NCBI GenBank assembly: GCA_017499595.2
Contig: CM039004.1
Coordinates: 2,232,001 to 2,296,000 of the forward strand
Origin: Psilocybe cubensis
Lineage: Eukaryota
Direction of reading: 5' to 3'
Length of the DNA stretch: 64,000 nt
Made by a program: the position numbers and the translations under genes. A model generated the notes under the pieces. It saw nothing but the letters and a program-made list of their open reading frames with translations. It made no database searches and had not been told where the DNA came from. Shown piece by piece: positions 51,424-64,000 of this stretch (position 1 is the stretch's first letter; every line of letters begins with the position of its first letter).

Positions 51424-51746
51424 AGCGCTCTCTCATACAGTACATTCCTTTGTAGATGACTATGGAGCGTTGCTATTTACCTTAATAGAATCGAGTGAAA
51501 CGAACACTACCCCGCTTTTTGAGGATACATGTCCGTACTATACATACTCACAAGTTCATTGTCCAATTACGTAATTGCATGCTTGATAGCATGCCTTTGG
51601 TAACATTTCAACTTCGTATCATTTTCTGCTTTCTTTGCTTTCTATTTCATTTCCGATCGGTTCACTCGCGACGCGTTTCAATACTGAGGGCCCCTTCAAG
51701 TGCCGTGCTTGAGAACCTATGAGCTTCCATAGTTAATGTAGATTTT

Positions 51747-54700
51747 ATGGCGGTCTCAAGGGAGCAATCGCTGTACGGAAGACGAAGGTCCAACACCGCT
51801 CAGTCCAATTTCCGGGCAGTCCCCACATTTGTCGTACCAATCTCAATTGGAGAATCGAAAGTCTTGAACGCATGGGTACACGATGTCAAAGAAACACAAT
51901 CTGTTGTTTTTAACCACTCGTTCTGGCCGGGCGTTCAGGAGGGGGACTGCTTAAAGGTTTCAGGTAGTAATGTCGAAAATCCGGAGGCAGGATTTCTCTT
52001 CATAGTGCCGAGAGAGGATTACTGCCCGAAGCCACAGCTACAGGTGTGTATGTACATTATGATACTTATGCTTTCAGTTCTTGAGCTCGCATTTCGTTTC
52101 CATTGTGCATAGATCTCAATACCGCGTCCCATCGCCGATGTTTTTGGGCTCCCCAACAACAGTCAGGTCACCCTCACAAAGGCTAGCTAAATTCCTCAAC
52201 GATTCTTTGATGTAACTTTAATTATTTCTTATTTAGGTCGATAAAGCAGGTTGTTCAGCGGACTATGTGGAATTTATGTTCCAAGACCAGTATCTCGGTC
52301 GAAATGAGATGTGGCGTCTGGGAAAGCATCTCTCGGGACAATGTATTTACACTGACCAAGAAATATCATTTATTGGGGGCATCGCTGCCAAAATTCAGAA
52401 TATCTACATTAGTGGACAGAAAGTAAGAGTCATTCCCTTACAGTTGCTTTACTTGTTTTCCTGATACAAGATCAGGTTTCTTCAGCATGTATGACTGCTG
52501 CGACGAAAGCTATATACCGCTCATACTCGGCAAAGATAACTATTTTCATACAAGTTTGCAGGGAGCTTTGGGAGTTCGCAGGAGACGGGGAACGGTACAA
52601 CGAAAAGATCGTGCACTCTTTCCTTCCTAGCTTATTCAACAAATGGAAAGAATCCGGGACTAACCACACAGTAACCATTGTCCTGATATCTCGTGTATTC
52701 TACGACGAATCAGAGATTGACTATGCAGCTGGTCCCCTTCGCCGAGATGAGGAAGGACACTGGTACAAGGACTTCTTCAAGGTCATCACAGACTTGCAGG
52801 TACTGTACGAATGGAAGCCAACACTTGTCAGCTTGAAGAACTCGTTTTGGGATTTCCAGCGCGATATCTTGCTCACCCACCATTACCACCGGGCAACATT
52901 GGATTCTGGAATCGGTGCACCTGCGCAGGTTCGTCTTGTTGGACGGCTGTCATATGCACAAGATGGGCCTATATTAGAAGCTCTGAACCTCGGACTCAAC
53001 CCGACTGAAACTCACTATATCGATCGCTCGCTCAGTCTAACTGGGGCCACTACTCTTCTGATATCGCCCGGGACAGGCTATTTCAAGGTCTCTAAGCAAC
53101 TTCTCCGTTTAACAACGACGCGGATGCTGGATCAAGGCTTTGTGCTTGATTTAATCTTGCTCACAAAACAGCCATTGCACCAAAGTCCGATATTTAGTTT
53201 TCGGGGAAGCGACCCGGTTTCTCCAGCCAGATCGTCGGAGAAGGATGGGTTTGAACCGGGGAAATATGAAAAGGAGAGAAAATTTGATCCACTTGTGATG
53301 GATCCTCTGTGGGCAGCGGACGAGGATTCGAAAGGCGAGCCGAGACAAAAAAAGACAATTTGGTGGGAGCCGTTTTGGATCTCGACTACGTTTTGGGACA
53401 AACAGATGGATTTGCCGTTTAGGCAGGACAGGTAGGTGTTATCTTGCTCAAGTATATATTGTCCATTCAAAGTGTCTACCAAAAAGATTTATTGCTCGAG
53501 CGAAGATGCATGAAATTCAGATGCTTGGATTGCTCGAACACGACGTTCTTTCTAGCATAGAGGTCCCTTTTATGCAGCATAAATCCGACCCCTCCACCGG
53601 ACCTGCAGAATCAGAGGAGACACTCAATATAAGCAAGAGCGAGGCAGACCAGTTTGACCTCAATATCTTCTCGTTGACTACCAACTACAACACGAGCTCT
53701 CTTCTTGCTCCTGCCGGTGGTGTAACGCCTCGTCCGGGTAACGACAAGCGCGGTTCTCACCGACATTCGACTATGAGTCGTATTGACACAATCGAAGAGA
53801 GCCCTAAGCAACGGATTTTCAAGGAGTTGCCTTCCGAAGGTTTGCCAAACAATGAAATAAGCGCCCCTTCGTCCGTTTCAGGTCCTGGTACCTCGCCTTC
53901 CCAGTCTTCTGTCAGGTCGGGTAGATCGGAAAACTCGAGCTCGTCGAAAACACCTTCAAAAACGGCAAGTATATCGAAGACATCACTCGCGTCTAAATTA
54001 GCGCCTTCATGGCTCTTCAATCCGTTCAGAAGCGGGCCGAGTGAACCTCAGACGAGTCAGGTTTCGGCGTCTGCGTCTGCATCTTCATCTGCATCTTCAT
54101 TTACTACGTCTACCCCTCAGAATTCGCAGAGTGAGAAACCTTCACGATCATCTGTGTCATCCATGGCACCACCGTCTTCCCCTATACGCATGGCCCCTGC
54201 AAAACCTACTGTCGCATCCACCCAACAAATTCAACCAGTTGCTATCAAGAACAAACCTGCCAGTCGTTCCAGCCTGAGTCGAACGTTTGAAGAAGAAACG
54301 TTAGCACCCCATAGAGCGTCGTTCTTACGACGTTCGCCTATCAATACTCCTCCCCGTGACGAGATTCTTTCAGGAAAGCGACGAAGCGCAGGTTATGTCC
54401 ATGGTTTCCCTTCATCGTCTTCTCCTGGCGCAATCATAAACCCAACGCGTCCACAGTTAGCGGTAGCGTACCCCGAAGCGTCTCTTGCTCGTCGCTGGCA
54501 ACACATGTTTCCACACCCGACATACAAGTACGACATGAAGTGGAAGTCGATAGTTACTCCTGGCTGTCTTCCGCTAACGGTTGAGCATTTTCCATCTCAT
54601 GCTGAACTCGAATCCACGTATGAGCTGACTGGGTACGAGTTTCTTGTGGAGCCTGGGGAAATGCGTTCTTTCCTTATCAAACCACCTAATGTGAAAGGGT

Positions 54701-56896
54701 CTCCGGAAGAAGTAAGGCGCGCATGGGCACTGGTAGTCATGCGTGGGATGGCGGCTGTACGGCTTGCGCAAGGCTTCCAGTTTGTTTTGAAGCCCCAGAA
54801 GACTCCAAGCGAAGAAGAAAAGGAAAAGGAGAAAGAGAAAGAAAAGAACACGAATAATTTTAGACGAAATAAATCGTTTGTTGGGGAAGGGGAATTCGAT
54901 ACATGGCCTACGGGTGCGGCGGAAGTGTTGAGCTCGACGACGAACCCGGTGTATTTGAGCATGACGAATGAAATCCATCGAATATCCTATACAGGAGAGG
55001 CTATTCAGGTGAAGCGTTATGTGCGCCGGTTGCATACTACGCGACCTTTCAGCTACCAATGCCTGATCTGGCCAAAACTTGGAGGTAAGGTGTTTCCACT
55101 TTTCTTTTTTCATATTAATCCAGTTTCGTCCTTCGAAGGTGGCTACACGGAATTGTCTACAGAATTCCAGTCTCACGGATTGGAAAATTATTCGTGGAAC
55201 AGGTCAGTAATTTTTTTAAATCCGATATCTAGGTTTACAGATGTATTTTGACACAGGTTGGACATGCTTGTAGCAGGATACGAGCATCACTTTAACGAAT
55301 CTCTTCGTTATTGGCGTACGCGCTTCGTGGTCATTCCAACTGCCGAACGCCCTCAAGTCACTATTGGTCCATCAGGCGAGAAATTGAATGATGAAGAAGC
55401 CCGTCTTCTAGGGATTGAAAAGCTTGCAGAACAGTTTACCAAGCTCCGGTGGCAGCCCCCGGATGAAAAAGTTGTCCATCCGCCTGTGCGCTTCCTGCCC
55501 ACAACGCTGGACCCAGCACTGTCAATTCTCGACGAGTCGTTGATGGACCAATTGGATCAAATCCATGCACAGGGCCCACTGAAGAAGAAGATGAAGAGCG
55601 AGCGTGAGATTGGAAATATGAACCTTGCTGCAATTGCGAAAGCCATGAGGGAGGAAGATGGGGTGCCTATCAAGACGTATCACTGGCATCGGTCGCAGTA
55701 TCCTGATTCATTTATCGGCTACGACTTTGTGTCATGGCTGGTCAGAGAGTTCAGGGATGTTTCATCGAGGGCTCAAGGGACTGAGATAGGGATTAAGCTT
55801 CAGGAACAAGGGTTATTTGAGCATTGTAGAGGATACCATAATTTCCTAGATGGGTGAGTCTTTTTAAACATAGATTTGAAGGTAGCATGCTGATACTTGT
55901 AAAGACATTATTACTACAGGTTGAAGGGTGAATTTTCGCTGCACACCACACCAAAGTATAACAATTGGTTCTTGAAGCGACACCTAGACTCAGACTCTGC
56001 TATTCGACCCTCATACCACACATCATCTAATTTGAGATCGAGCTCCAAGTCTACTGGCCTCAACAGCAATAATCGGACGAGGAACAAAAAGACGTTGATC
56101 CTTAGTCAGACAATGGTTATTGACATTGATCCCAATAAGGTTTGCATTTTTCTGAAGAATTCTCAAAGGAGTCCACTGATCTATTCATTGTCTACAGAGA
56201 AGTGACCAAGCAGAATCGGTCATCCTTCATCATGATATCATCCACAATCCTGCGACCGTGTTCCACTTTGAGCTGCAATGGATAGGAACCACAGCTCGAT
56301 GTATCGAGGATCAATTACGCCTCTGGAGTCGGACTATCGATCGCTACGGATTGAAGCTCGTTGAAGCATACGTGACTCAAATCAGCGACATCCGAGAGCA
56401 CAACGCATTTCAGTCGTGCTACCCAATGCGTCTCTCACACCCTCCCCCATATGTTCCGGATCTGGAGAAACGACTTCCCGAAGGTACACAAGCTGTCAAA
56501 TATTTTGAATACGCGCTACTCCAGAAGTTCGGATTTATTGTAGATGTGGAAGCTGCGGATCTATACCCAGAGCAAATTGATGTTGTCTACTCGTATCGTC
56601 GATCGCCATACAAGTATTCACAGTTTGTACACCGATCGGGGGTGGCTTTTATCCAGGTGCTGGGTGGTTATCGTGGATTTTTGTTCCTCACGAACCGGCT
56701 GATGGGACCAGGAAGGATGGGATCAGCTATCAAGAATAAAGATCATCTTCCAGCGGTTGCCGCAGAGAGAATGAGAGTGGAAATGGCGGAATTTTGTTTG
56801 GACAGAGAACGATTGCAGCAATTCTATGACGAAAAGATTGCTGACTTGCCTCCTGCTCCTATCATGCCCGAGGAACCGCCTCCGCTTGTAATTTAG
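51747..56896 (+). CDS. IML1: Iml1/DEPDC5 (SEACIT/GATOR1 subunit)
   Basis: FQDQYLGRNEMW, YRSYSAK.TIFIQ..RELWEF, WKSIVTPGCLPLT, DEP domain FIGYDFVSWL and FVHRSG motifs. Confidence 0.93.
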
Positions 56897-56950
56897 GGCG
56901 TTTTAGTATAAGCAGTAATTAAAAGAATATGATTTACTCTCTTTCGGGTA

Positions 56951-57735
56951 TTATGATACATCGGTAGCAGGGACCACGATATCTCTGCCATTTGCCCTCA
57001 CTGAACGACGAGCGGTATCTCTGGGTAAGGGTTTTCGCATATCTAGAAATCTGTGAGTATGTCGTATACTTGAATAATATTTGGGTATTAGACCCACCAA
57101 ATGCATCCTCTTCATCTTTTCCGCCTTTCCCTACACCTAATGTCCCATAATATTCTCGCACTCTTCGATACACACTATATCCCATCTTTTCATACATTTC
57201 AATGGCTACAATATTTGCGCATCGCACGTATAGATCGACGAAGAAACCCTGGTAGATTCGTTCTGAGACCATTTCGAGGAGGGTCATCATCTTGTGTGCT
57301 AAAGACAAGCGACGATACTCTGGCGCGACCGTGATAGCTGTAACGTGTCCATGCCATTCGGGACCAGCGCCTTCCGCCTTTCCTAAGACTGTCACATACA
57401 CCAGATAGTTCAGGAATGTGGAAAAGGCAGTCATCCATAATGCACGCGCACCATATCCCATCAGTCGACCGCTAGGTGCCGCCTGAACGCAGCACAGGTC
57501 CGGCCAGCGAGCCAGATAGCTAAGGTAGAAACCAATTCCGTACTAGTGACATCTACCGTCAGACATTCAGGCATAATGACAATAAGTTATGATAGAGTTC
57601 ACAGTTTCGGTCCAAATGTCCAAATTTCTGAGATGTGATCGTGAGCGGGACATATGGGACCTTCCGATGCAAAAAACCTCACATGTTATTGAACTTGAAC
57701 ATGTCAGTAGCTTTGAATGGTCGTAGGACACTCAT
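56951..57735 (-). CDS. NAT3: NatB N-acetyltransferase catalytic subunit
   Basis: FKFNNINLDIWTETY, WHGHVTAITVAPEYRR, FFVDLYVR and EDAFDMRKPL motifs. Confidence 0.93.
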
Positions 57736-58137
57736 TGTTAGATATTGAAGTTGGATAGATAAGCGCAATGGTAAGAGTTTGGAGTGTAACTGTTGCAAAC
57801 CGGACTGCGTGTGAGGTAAACGGGCCGAGCCTATCGTGCTCTAAACGGTTCTCTTCAGTCATACTTCGTCAGACTCGTATTTTGTCCATGAAGGTATATA
57901 CTTGAGATAAAATAGAATTCTACAACGGAATAATACAAAAATCAGAATATAAAATTGTGGAGGAGTCTTTGAGAGGAGCAGAGTTTGGCCGGTCGGCTTG
58001 CTTCGGGGTTCCATTTGTCAAGGCATTTTCCGGACAGGCACAATAGACACATGGCACAGGGCCAGTCATTCCTTACTCCTGCAATCTCAATCACTAACAA
58101 CCAGCTAGTATCTTCGTTTCATCTTCTTACTTGCACT

Positions 58138-59939
58138 ATGTCCACAGAGTCGTGGCCTCCTCCTCTAAAGTGCGTAAATCATCCATGAATCTAAGGGATA
58201 ACTATTCTTAACATCGTATCTGCCCTGCAGAGAATGGGTTGCAAAGTGCCTCGGACAAATCACAGATTCCAACAGAGCAGAAGTTCAGGCCGAACTTAAA
58301 CAGGTAATTTCTGAAGCTTTCGCTGCCCAAACACTATGGACGACAGACTGGGCTGGTGTTCAATTGAAAAGGTGCCATTTGTATTCTGGATCACATTGCC
58401 ATTCTCTTGCTACTCAGACCCACTTCACTGCAGTTTGTTACCCAAACCCCCTCCAGTGTTCAACACCTTGAAACGCAAGAGGCGAGCCTCTTTCTCACAT
58501 GCCATGTTTTGCAGACTCAATGTGCATTACTTCTTTGCAGCATCGAAACAGCTCTTCCTACTACCAATTCCAAGAAAGCCAAGAAGGAAAAGCTCAAGAA
58601 TGCAGCAGCAACTTACACTACGGATTTCAATGATCAAGCCGCACTTAACAGACGGGCCGAACGTTTCCAGCGTGAGCATGAAATCGAAAAAAACAAGAAT
58701 GCACGGAATGGGGGTGCTGCTGCAATCAAGGCGAATCAGCAAAATGGGCACCTGTTCAACAACCGGTCGTTATCTTCAAGGTCAGGGTCACCCTATACTG
58801 CCCAGGACGAGCCCGAAGGGGACCCGGTGAGTTATTCTGTTCTCAGCTACAAGAAGTTCATTTAAAGTATCGCACCTAGAATGTAATTGATTGGGATCGA
58901 TACACAATCGTTGGGACGTCTCAAGATATATTCAAAGACTATTTACGATTGACAAGCGAACCTAAACCTGAGACGATACGTCCTTATGCCGTCCTCCAAA
59001 AGACTCTTACAGAACTCAAATCTCGATGGAGGGAGCATCAGGTTAAATACCCTTGGATTTGTAATCAATTTAAGAGTCTGCGACAAGATCTTACAGTATG
59101 TTAACTCACACTGTCATTTTAACTGTTCTGCTCATATTTTATAGGTCCAACGAATAAAAAACGAATTTACGGTACAAGTATACGAAATCCACGCCCGTAT
59201 AGCCCTTGAGAGCGTACGTTTTCCTTCGCTCTTTTCAAACCTTTCCCAATGCTGAAAATCATTGATAGAATGATATGGTTGAATACAATCAGTGTCAGGC
59301 AACTCTAAAGACACTTTACGAGTTGGGAATTCCCGGTAAAGTCGAGGAGTTCACTGCCTATCGCATTCTCATGCTCCTACACGGGCGAAATAGAAGCGGT
59401 AGGGCTCCCTGTGTTTTATTTCGAAGTAGTGTTCTTACCTTGTATCCAGAGCTTAATCTTTACGTAGGTCAACTAACCCCCAAACAGAAAGCGGATAAGG
59501 CTGTGCAGCATGCTCTGGCTGTGCAGAGGGCGCAGTCGATGGGCAATTATCATAAGCTTTGTGAACTATACTTGCAAGCGCCGAACATGGGTGCATACAT
59601 CATGGATCACTTCATTGACCGCGAACGCATCAAAGCTATGATGGTCATCACAAAAGCGTACGCCTGCTCCCTCCTTTGTTACACGCTAAAAGTTCTTCCT
59701 TTAAATTTCTTTCTTTCATCAGTTATAAAACGATACCCCTTTCGTTCTTGCAGTCTACCCTTGCTTTCGATAATCTGGAAGAAGCGAGGACATTCCTAGT
59801 GGAACACCGCATCACATTTTTCACCAATCCGAACAGCCCCGATTCGGAGAAGGTGCTCGATTGCAAACCAGCGATGGCAGAAGTCGCGCGGGTATTCGAG
59901 GACAAGTATCGCAAAGTCACAATCAAGGGTGCAATATGA
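58138..59939 (+). CDS. THP3: SAC3/GANP-family PCI protein (Thp3/LENG8-like)
   Basis: IVGTSQ...[49 protein letters not shown] and EYNQCQ motifs. Confidence 0.88.
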
Positions 59940-60472
59940 GTCCCAAATTTTTATCTTCTTTTCCCCCGTTTTTCGTCATCGACACAGCATTTTTATCTTT
60001 TTTTTTTTTTGCTTTGGAATTCACTGTCTGAGCACATTATTCGTCTTTCATCTTTATTTTATGATCACCATCGTCCTGTCGAGCACATTATGATTTGCGC
60101 TAGCCGTCATTCACGCTCCCATCCGCTTTATTCAGGAGGAGACTGCGAAGGATCACGCCAAGGACCTCGTCGGGTTGAGAGGTTAAGGAGTGTTTTGTAT
60201 TTGCACGTTTTCCTATGGGTAATTACTTGTCATATGTCCCAAGGGGTGGACTACACCATAGAAGTATGGCGGTTGGAGTAGAAGAGAGAGGTGTATAATG
60301 TATCGAAGAGGTGAAAAGACATTATGATCTGTAGCATGGAATGGATAACATCACATTAATAAGGTTCAGGGGTTTGAACAAACATAGATGCCCCCAGATG
60401 ATATGTGATTTCGTGAAATGGTAGTCAATCCACAGTGCTCGGTATGAAATACAGTAGCTGAGGATGACCAGT

Positions 60473-61935
60473 TTAATCTCGCATTCGAGCTGGAATGAAC
60501 CGCCGAAGAACGACCTCTCGAACAGAATAATGAGCAAGGCAAGCAGGAGTCAGAAGCACGCTTTGTGAAACCCGTGTTTTGGCTGGTATGGTAACATAAA
60601 CCAGTATAAGTGTCTGATGAAGAAAGCAAAACAAAAGTGTAAGAGTCTGACTATCGCCACGCAAAAAAAGAAAGTGGAAGGCATAACAAACCTTTTGGAC
60701 TTGAGAATTCACACGATTTATTGTGCTCAGCCAGGACCATGCGAAGGGAGATGAATTGTGCAGGTCAATGGAGGACGTTTTTTGGTCTTCGATGTCTTCG
60801 TAGACAGGCATAACAACGAGGGCAAGTCTATCCAACAGACCGTTGTTAGATAAGATAAAACAATGTGCGGCAATTCAGGGATGTACGTACTCAGCGTGTG
60901 CAAACACAGGTCCTCGCTTGTATAAAAGGTAGTCGACACAAAATTTGATTCCGCCTTTCACGACCCATCCCAGAGAGCGGTAGTGATGATACACCGCATA
61001 GTTAATGAGGAAGGGATTGTCGAATTCAAGCGACTCTACGACAGTAGATGGAGAGGAGGTGAACAGTGGAAGTTCAGCCTTTTGAAACGCTATCCATATT
61101 TGTTGTAAGGTCATAGGTTCCATCTGATAATTCACCTTGGTTCAATGAATTAGATGATTAGTGGGCATGGTAACTCACCGTGGTAGGGTCGAAGACCGTC
61201 AAGCAATCAAGATTCCAAAGCAAAAAGAAAGCTTCCTGCAGCGTTAACTGCAGGTGTTCTACATCAACCAACGGTGCCTCATCCTCAAGAATTTCGGTTT
61301 CGCCTTCTGCTGGTGAAGGGGATTCTTCAGGTTGAGGTTGTGAAGTCGGTCTCCATGTCGCAGCTGAAGGAATTGCAGGACCAGAAAGAGCAGGCGCGAT
61401 AACGCGACCTTCAGATGCGAAGATAGCCTCTGCTTCTTCCGCAACGGCTGCAATGGCGGCTGCTCTGTCGCGTTTGAATTGTTTGCGCTCTGCTCTGCGC
61501 CGAGCTGTGATTTCTTCCGAAGTCAATTCTGAAAATAATGTGCATGTTCAGATATGATTATGTAGAGATACTAACAAATTACCTACGCTTTCCTCCCGAC
61601 TTTCTTATGTTAATTTGTCTTGCGAGCCAGCTGGGTTCACTGCGCGACAAATCACCTTTGCCAAAGAAACCCCTCCTCCATAGAATCATTGAATGGGCTG
61701 AGTTGGAAACCCAGACGGAACGAGTTATAGGGTCAAAAATGCCTTCGCAGTGCGGATTCTCGACACGAGTGAGCGAGAGACCAAGCAAACCGAGTACAGA
61801 GCCTATCCGACTGGGAGGAGGCTCAACGAACAAAAGAGGTAGCGGGTTAGCATAGATTCTGTTATTCTCGTGTTTTCTGGCGCCAGCTTTACCGCCGCCA
61901 CCTCTGGAACGCGAGCTTGGTGTTATGAGGGACAT
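60473..61935 (-). CDS. SEN2: tRNA-splicing endonuclease subunit Sen2
   Basis: GFFGKGDLSRSEPSW, EHLQLTLQEAFFL, YHHYRSLGWVVKGGIKFCVDYLLYKRGPVFAHAE and RRFIPARMRD motifs. Confidence 0.95.
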
Positions 61936-62183
61936 GAGAGATTGGGAGAAGCATTTCTTTTCTGACTAGACTGGCAGATCAATCATCTCCTTCCGTCTTT
62001 CTCTTGATTCTAATGCCCTATCGGCTTCAAAAATCAATAATGACAATCGCGGTAAGCTTGCTGGCACCGCCACTGCATGCACTCCACCAGGGCTGCAATC
62101 CCGACGCGTCGATCAAGCCTTCTACCGAGTTTATGATCCATCTATCGTCTTTTTCCTAATCAATCACATATACAACTACTACC

Positions 62184-64000
62184 ATGGATAAGAGGAGGCA
62201 AGAAATTGAAGCAAAGAGGGCAAAGCTCGCAGAACTACGGAAAGCAAGAGCCGATCGTCAGCGTGGGGAGGTTGAAAGAAGAAACGAGCTAGTATGTAAT
62301 CGCAATTCAAGCTTTCACGACTTTTCTTCAATTTAATGTCATTCCGCTCAGGCAGCCGGTCCTTCTGCTTCGAAGAAAGATGTAGACGACCTCGTAAATG
62401 CTCTCGTGGGCGGTCGCAGTGGCTTAGACAGCGGCGAACTGACACCCTCGTCTTCGATGCCCGGGACACCTTCTGTAGGGCGCCATATTAGCCTACCTGG
62501 CATTGTAAGCGGGATTTCTCCACGATCAGGATCGGGAAGGGCAAGCAGGCAAAGTGACTTTGCAGAGAGGCTGAGCGCAGAAGGGAGCGTAGCGGTGCCT
62601 GGATCAAGTAATGCGGCTACGGACAATGTCATTGAGCGGTAGGTCTGTCTGTTCCTTTGTGAGTATATTTACGATCCTTATGTCCATTCCTTGTGTACAG
62701 CTCTATGACACCTAGAACTCTCCCTGTTCTAGTGGATATTGAGCAAGAACTGTTCGAGTACCCCCAGAAAGTCTGCACCCTTCCTTGCACATTTGAGACA
62801 TCCATCTTATCTTACTGTAATCTTAGGAACGCGTCATATATAACAAAGAAGTACAGACGACTTCTGTGGAAACAGAACCTTCAGCAGACTATGAAGCTGA
62901 AATTCGTCAGCGCATTGCTAAAGAAAAGGAAATCGAATTGGAGCGGGTTGCGCGCGAGAAGGAACTTGACGAAGAAAGTGTAAAGCTTGACCAAGAAATT
63001 GAGCAAGAGATTCGCGGTATGTCTCATAACTAAATATAAGATCGCCTTGATTGACGTGCTTTCGTATTGTTAGAATTATCGGAAGAAGAAAGGGCTAGCA
63101 TCCTTGCTGCCCCTGAGTTTCTTGAATTCGTAGAACAGTCCTCAAAGATCGTTCAAAGAGCTCTTAATGATGGTTATGATTATATTCGTGATTACACCGT
63201 GGACGCTGAGTCTGGGGGGTGGGTATTGGTTCTATAATAAATTAAACTTGACTGATAGAACTATAGAGATGACTCGGAGGGAAAGCGCGTCAAGCGTGTC
63301 TGCGAGTTCTGGGACGAGCGCTATGGAAAAAATCGGTCCATAACGGACATCGATTGGTCTCCAAAAGTGAGATTTATGACTTGCTGCTTGTGGCATTTCT
63401 GACGCATGATCCCAGTATCCCGAACTAAGCGTGGCGTCCTATAATAAAAATTCTGCAGCGTTGAACGAACCAGATGGCATAGTAGCAGTTTGGAATCTGC
63501 ACATGTTGGAACGACCTGAATTCATCTTCCATTCGCAGGTACGAATTGGTTTGATAGACCTTTGACCGAAACATTAACAATTTTTTTCCCTGTAGTCGGA
63601 TGTACTCTCCGTCACATTCTCACCTTTCCATGCCAATTTAATATTTGGTGGTACCTACTCAGGTCAAATCCTTTTATGGGACACGCGATCCAAACACCTT
63701 CCCGTGCTGAAAACACCTCTCTCCGCTTCGGGGCACACGCATCCAGTATATGCTATGCAAATGGTTGGCACCCAAAACGCGCACAATCTAATTACAAGTA
63801 GTACAGACGGGACTGTATGCAGTTGGCTGGTCGACATGTTGGCTCAGCCACAGGTGCGTTTTTCCTTCTTCAACTCTTTGGCCCCGAGCAAACATTCTAT
63901 ACCTAGGAAACCCTTGAACTCGTTCACGCAGGGCACAACAAAACCGCTGAGGTGTCAATAACGACGCTCGATTTCCCTGACAATGAAACGACTACCTTCT
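62184..64000 (+). CDS. PAC11: Cytoplasmic dynein intermediate chain, 5' part
   Basis: MDKRRQEIEAKRAKLAELRK, YNKEVQT, DWSPKYPEL..ASY and WD40 repeats (GGTYSGQILLWD, GHTHPVY). Confidence 0.9.

Overview
Gene-dense, intron-rich fungal DNA. Short (about 50-60 nt) introns and the gene content point to a mushroom-forming basidiomycete (Agaricomycetes, inferred). About 28 protein genes are supported, mostly housekeeping: TSR4 (partial), BRN1, POL3, RPL30, ARP9-like, ERG7, an S10 carboxypeptidase, two PMM paralogues, VMS1, BFR2, SNX41/ATG20-like, TIM23, a velvet factor, CYSTM, CYT1, IML1, NAT3, THP3, SEN2 and dynein intermediate chain (partial). Four features stand out. (1) A 2.7-kb near-identical inverted repeat (4671-7394 / 28129-30883) carries two genes and flanks a 20.7-kb block, an architecture suited to flip-flop inversion. 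(2) Two tandem, structured, Pol III-type ncRNA-like units lie downstream of RPL30 and share a 17-nt identical motif and a covarying 3' module; I cannot assign them to a known family. (3) POL3 has a U2-like AT-AC intron. (4) RPL30 intron 1 has an L30-type kink-turn element. All exon boundaries, folds and homologies were read by eye; no searches were run.
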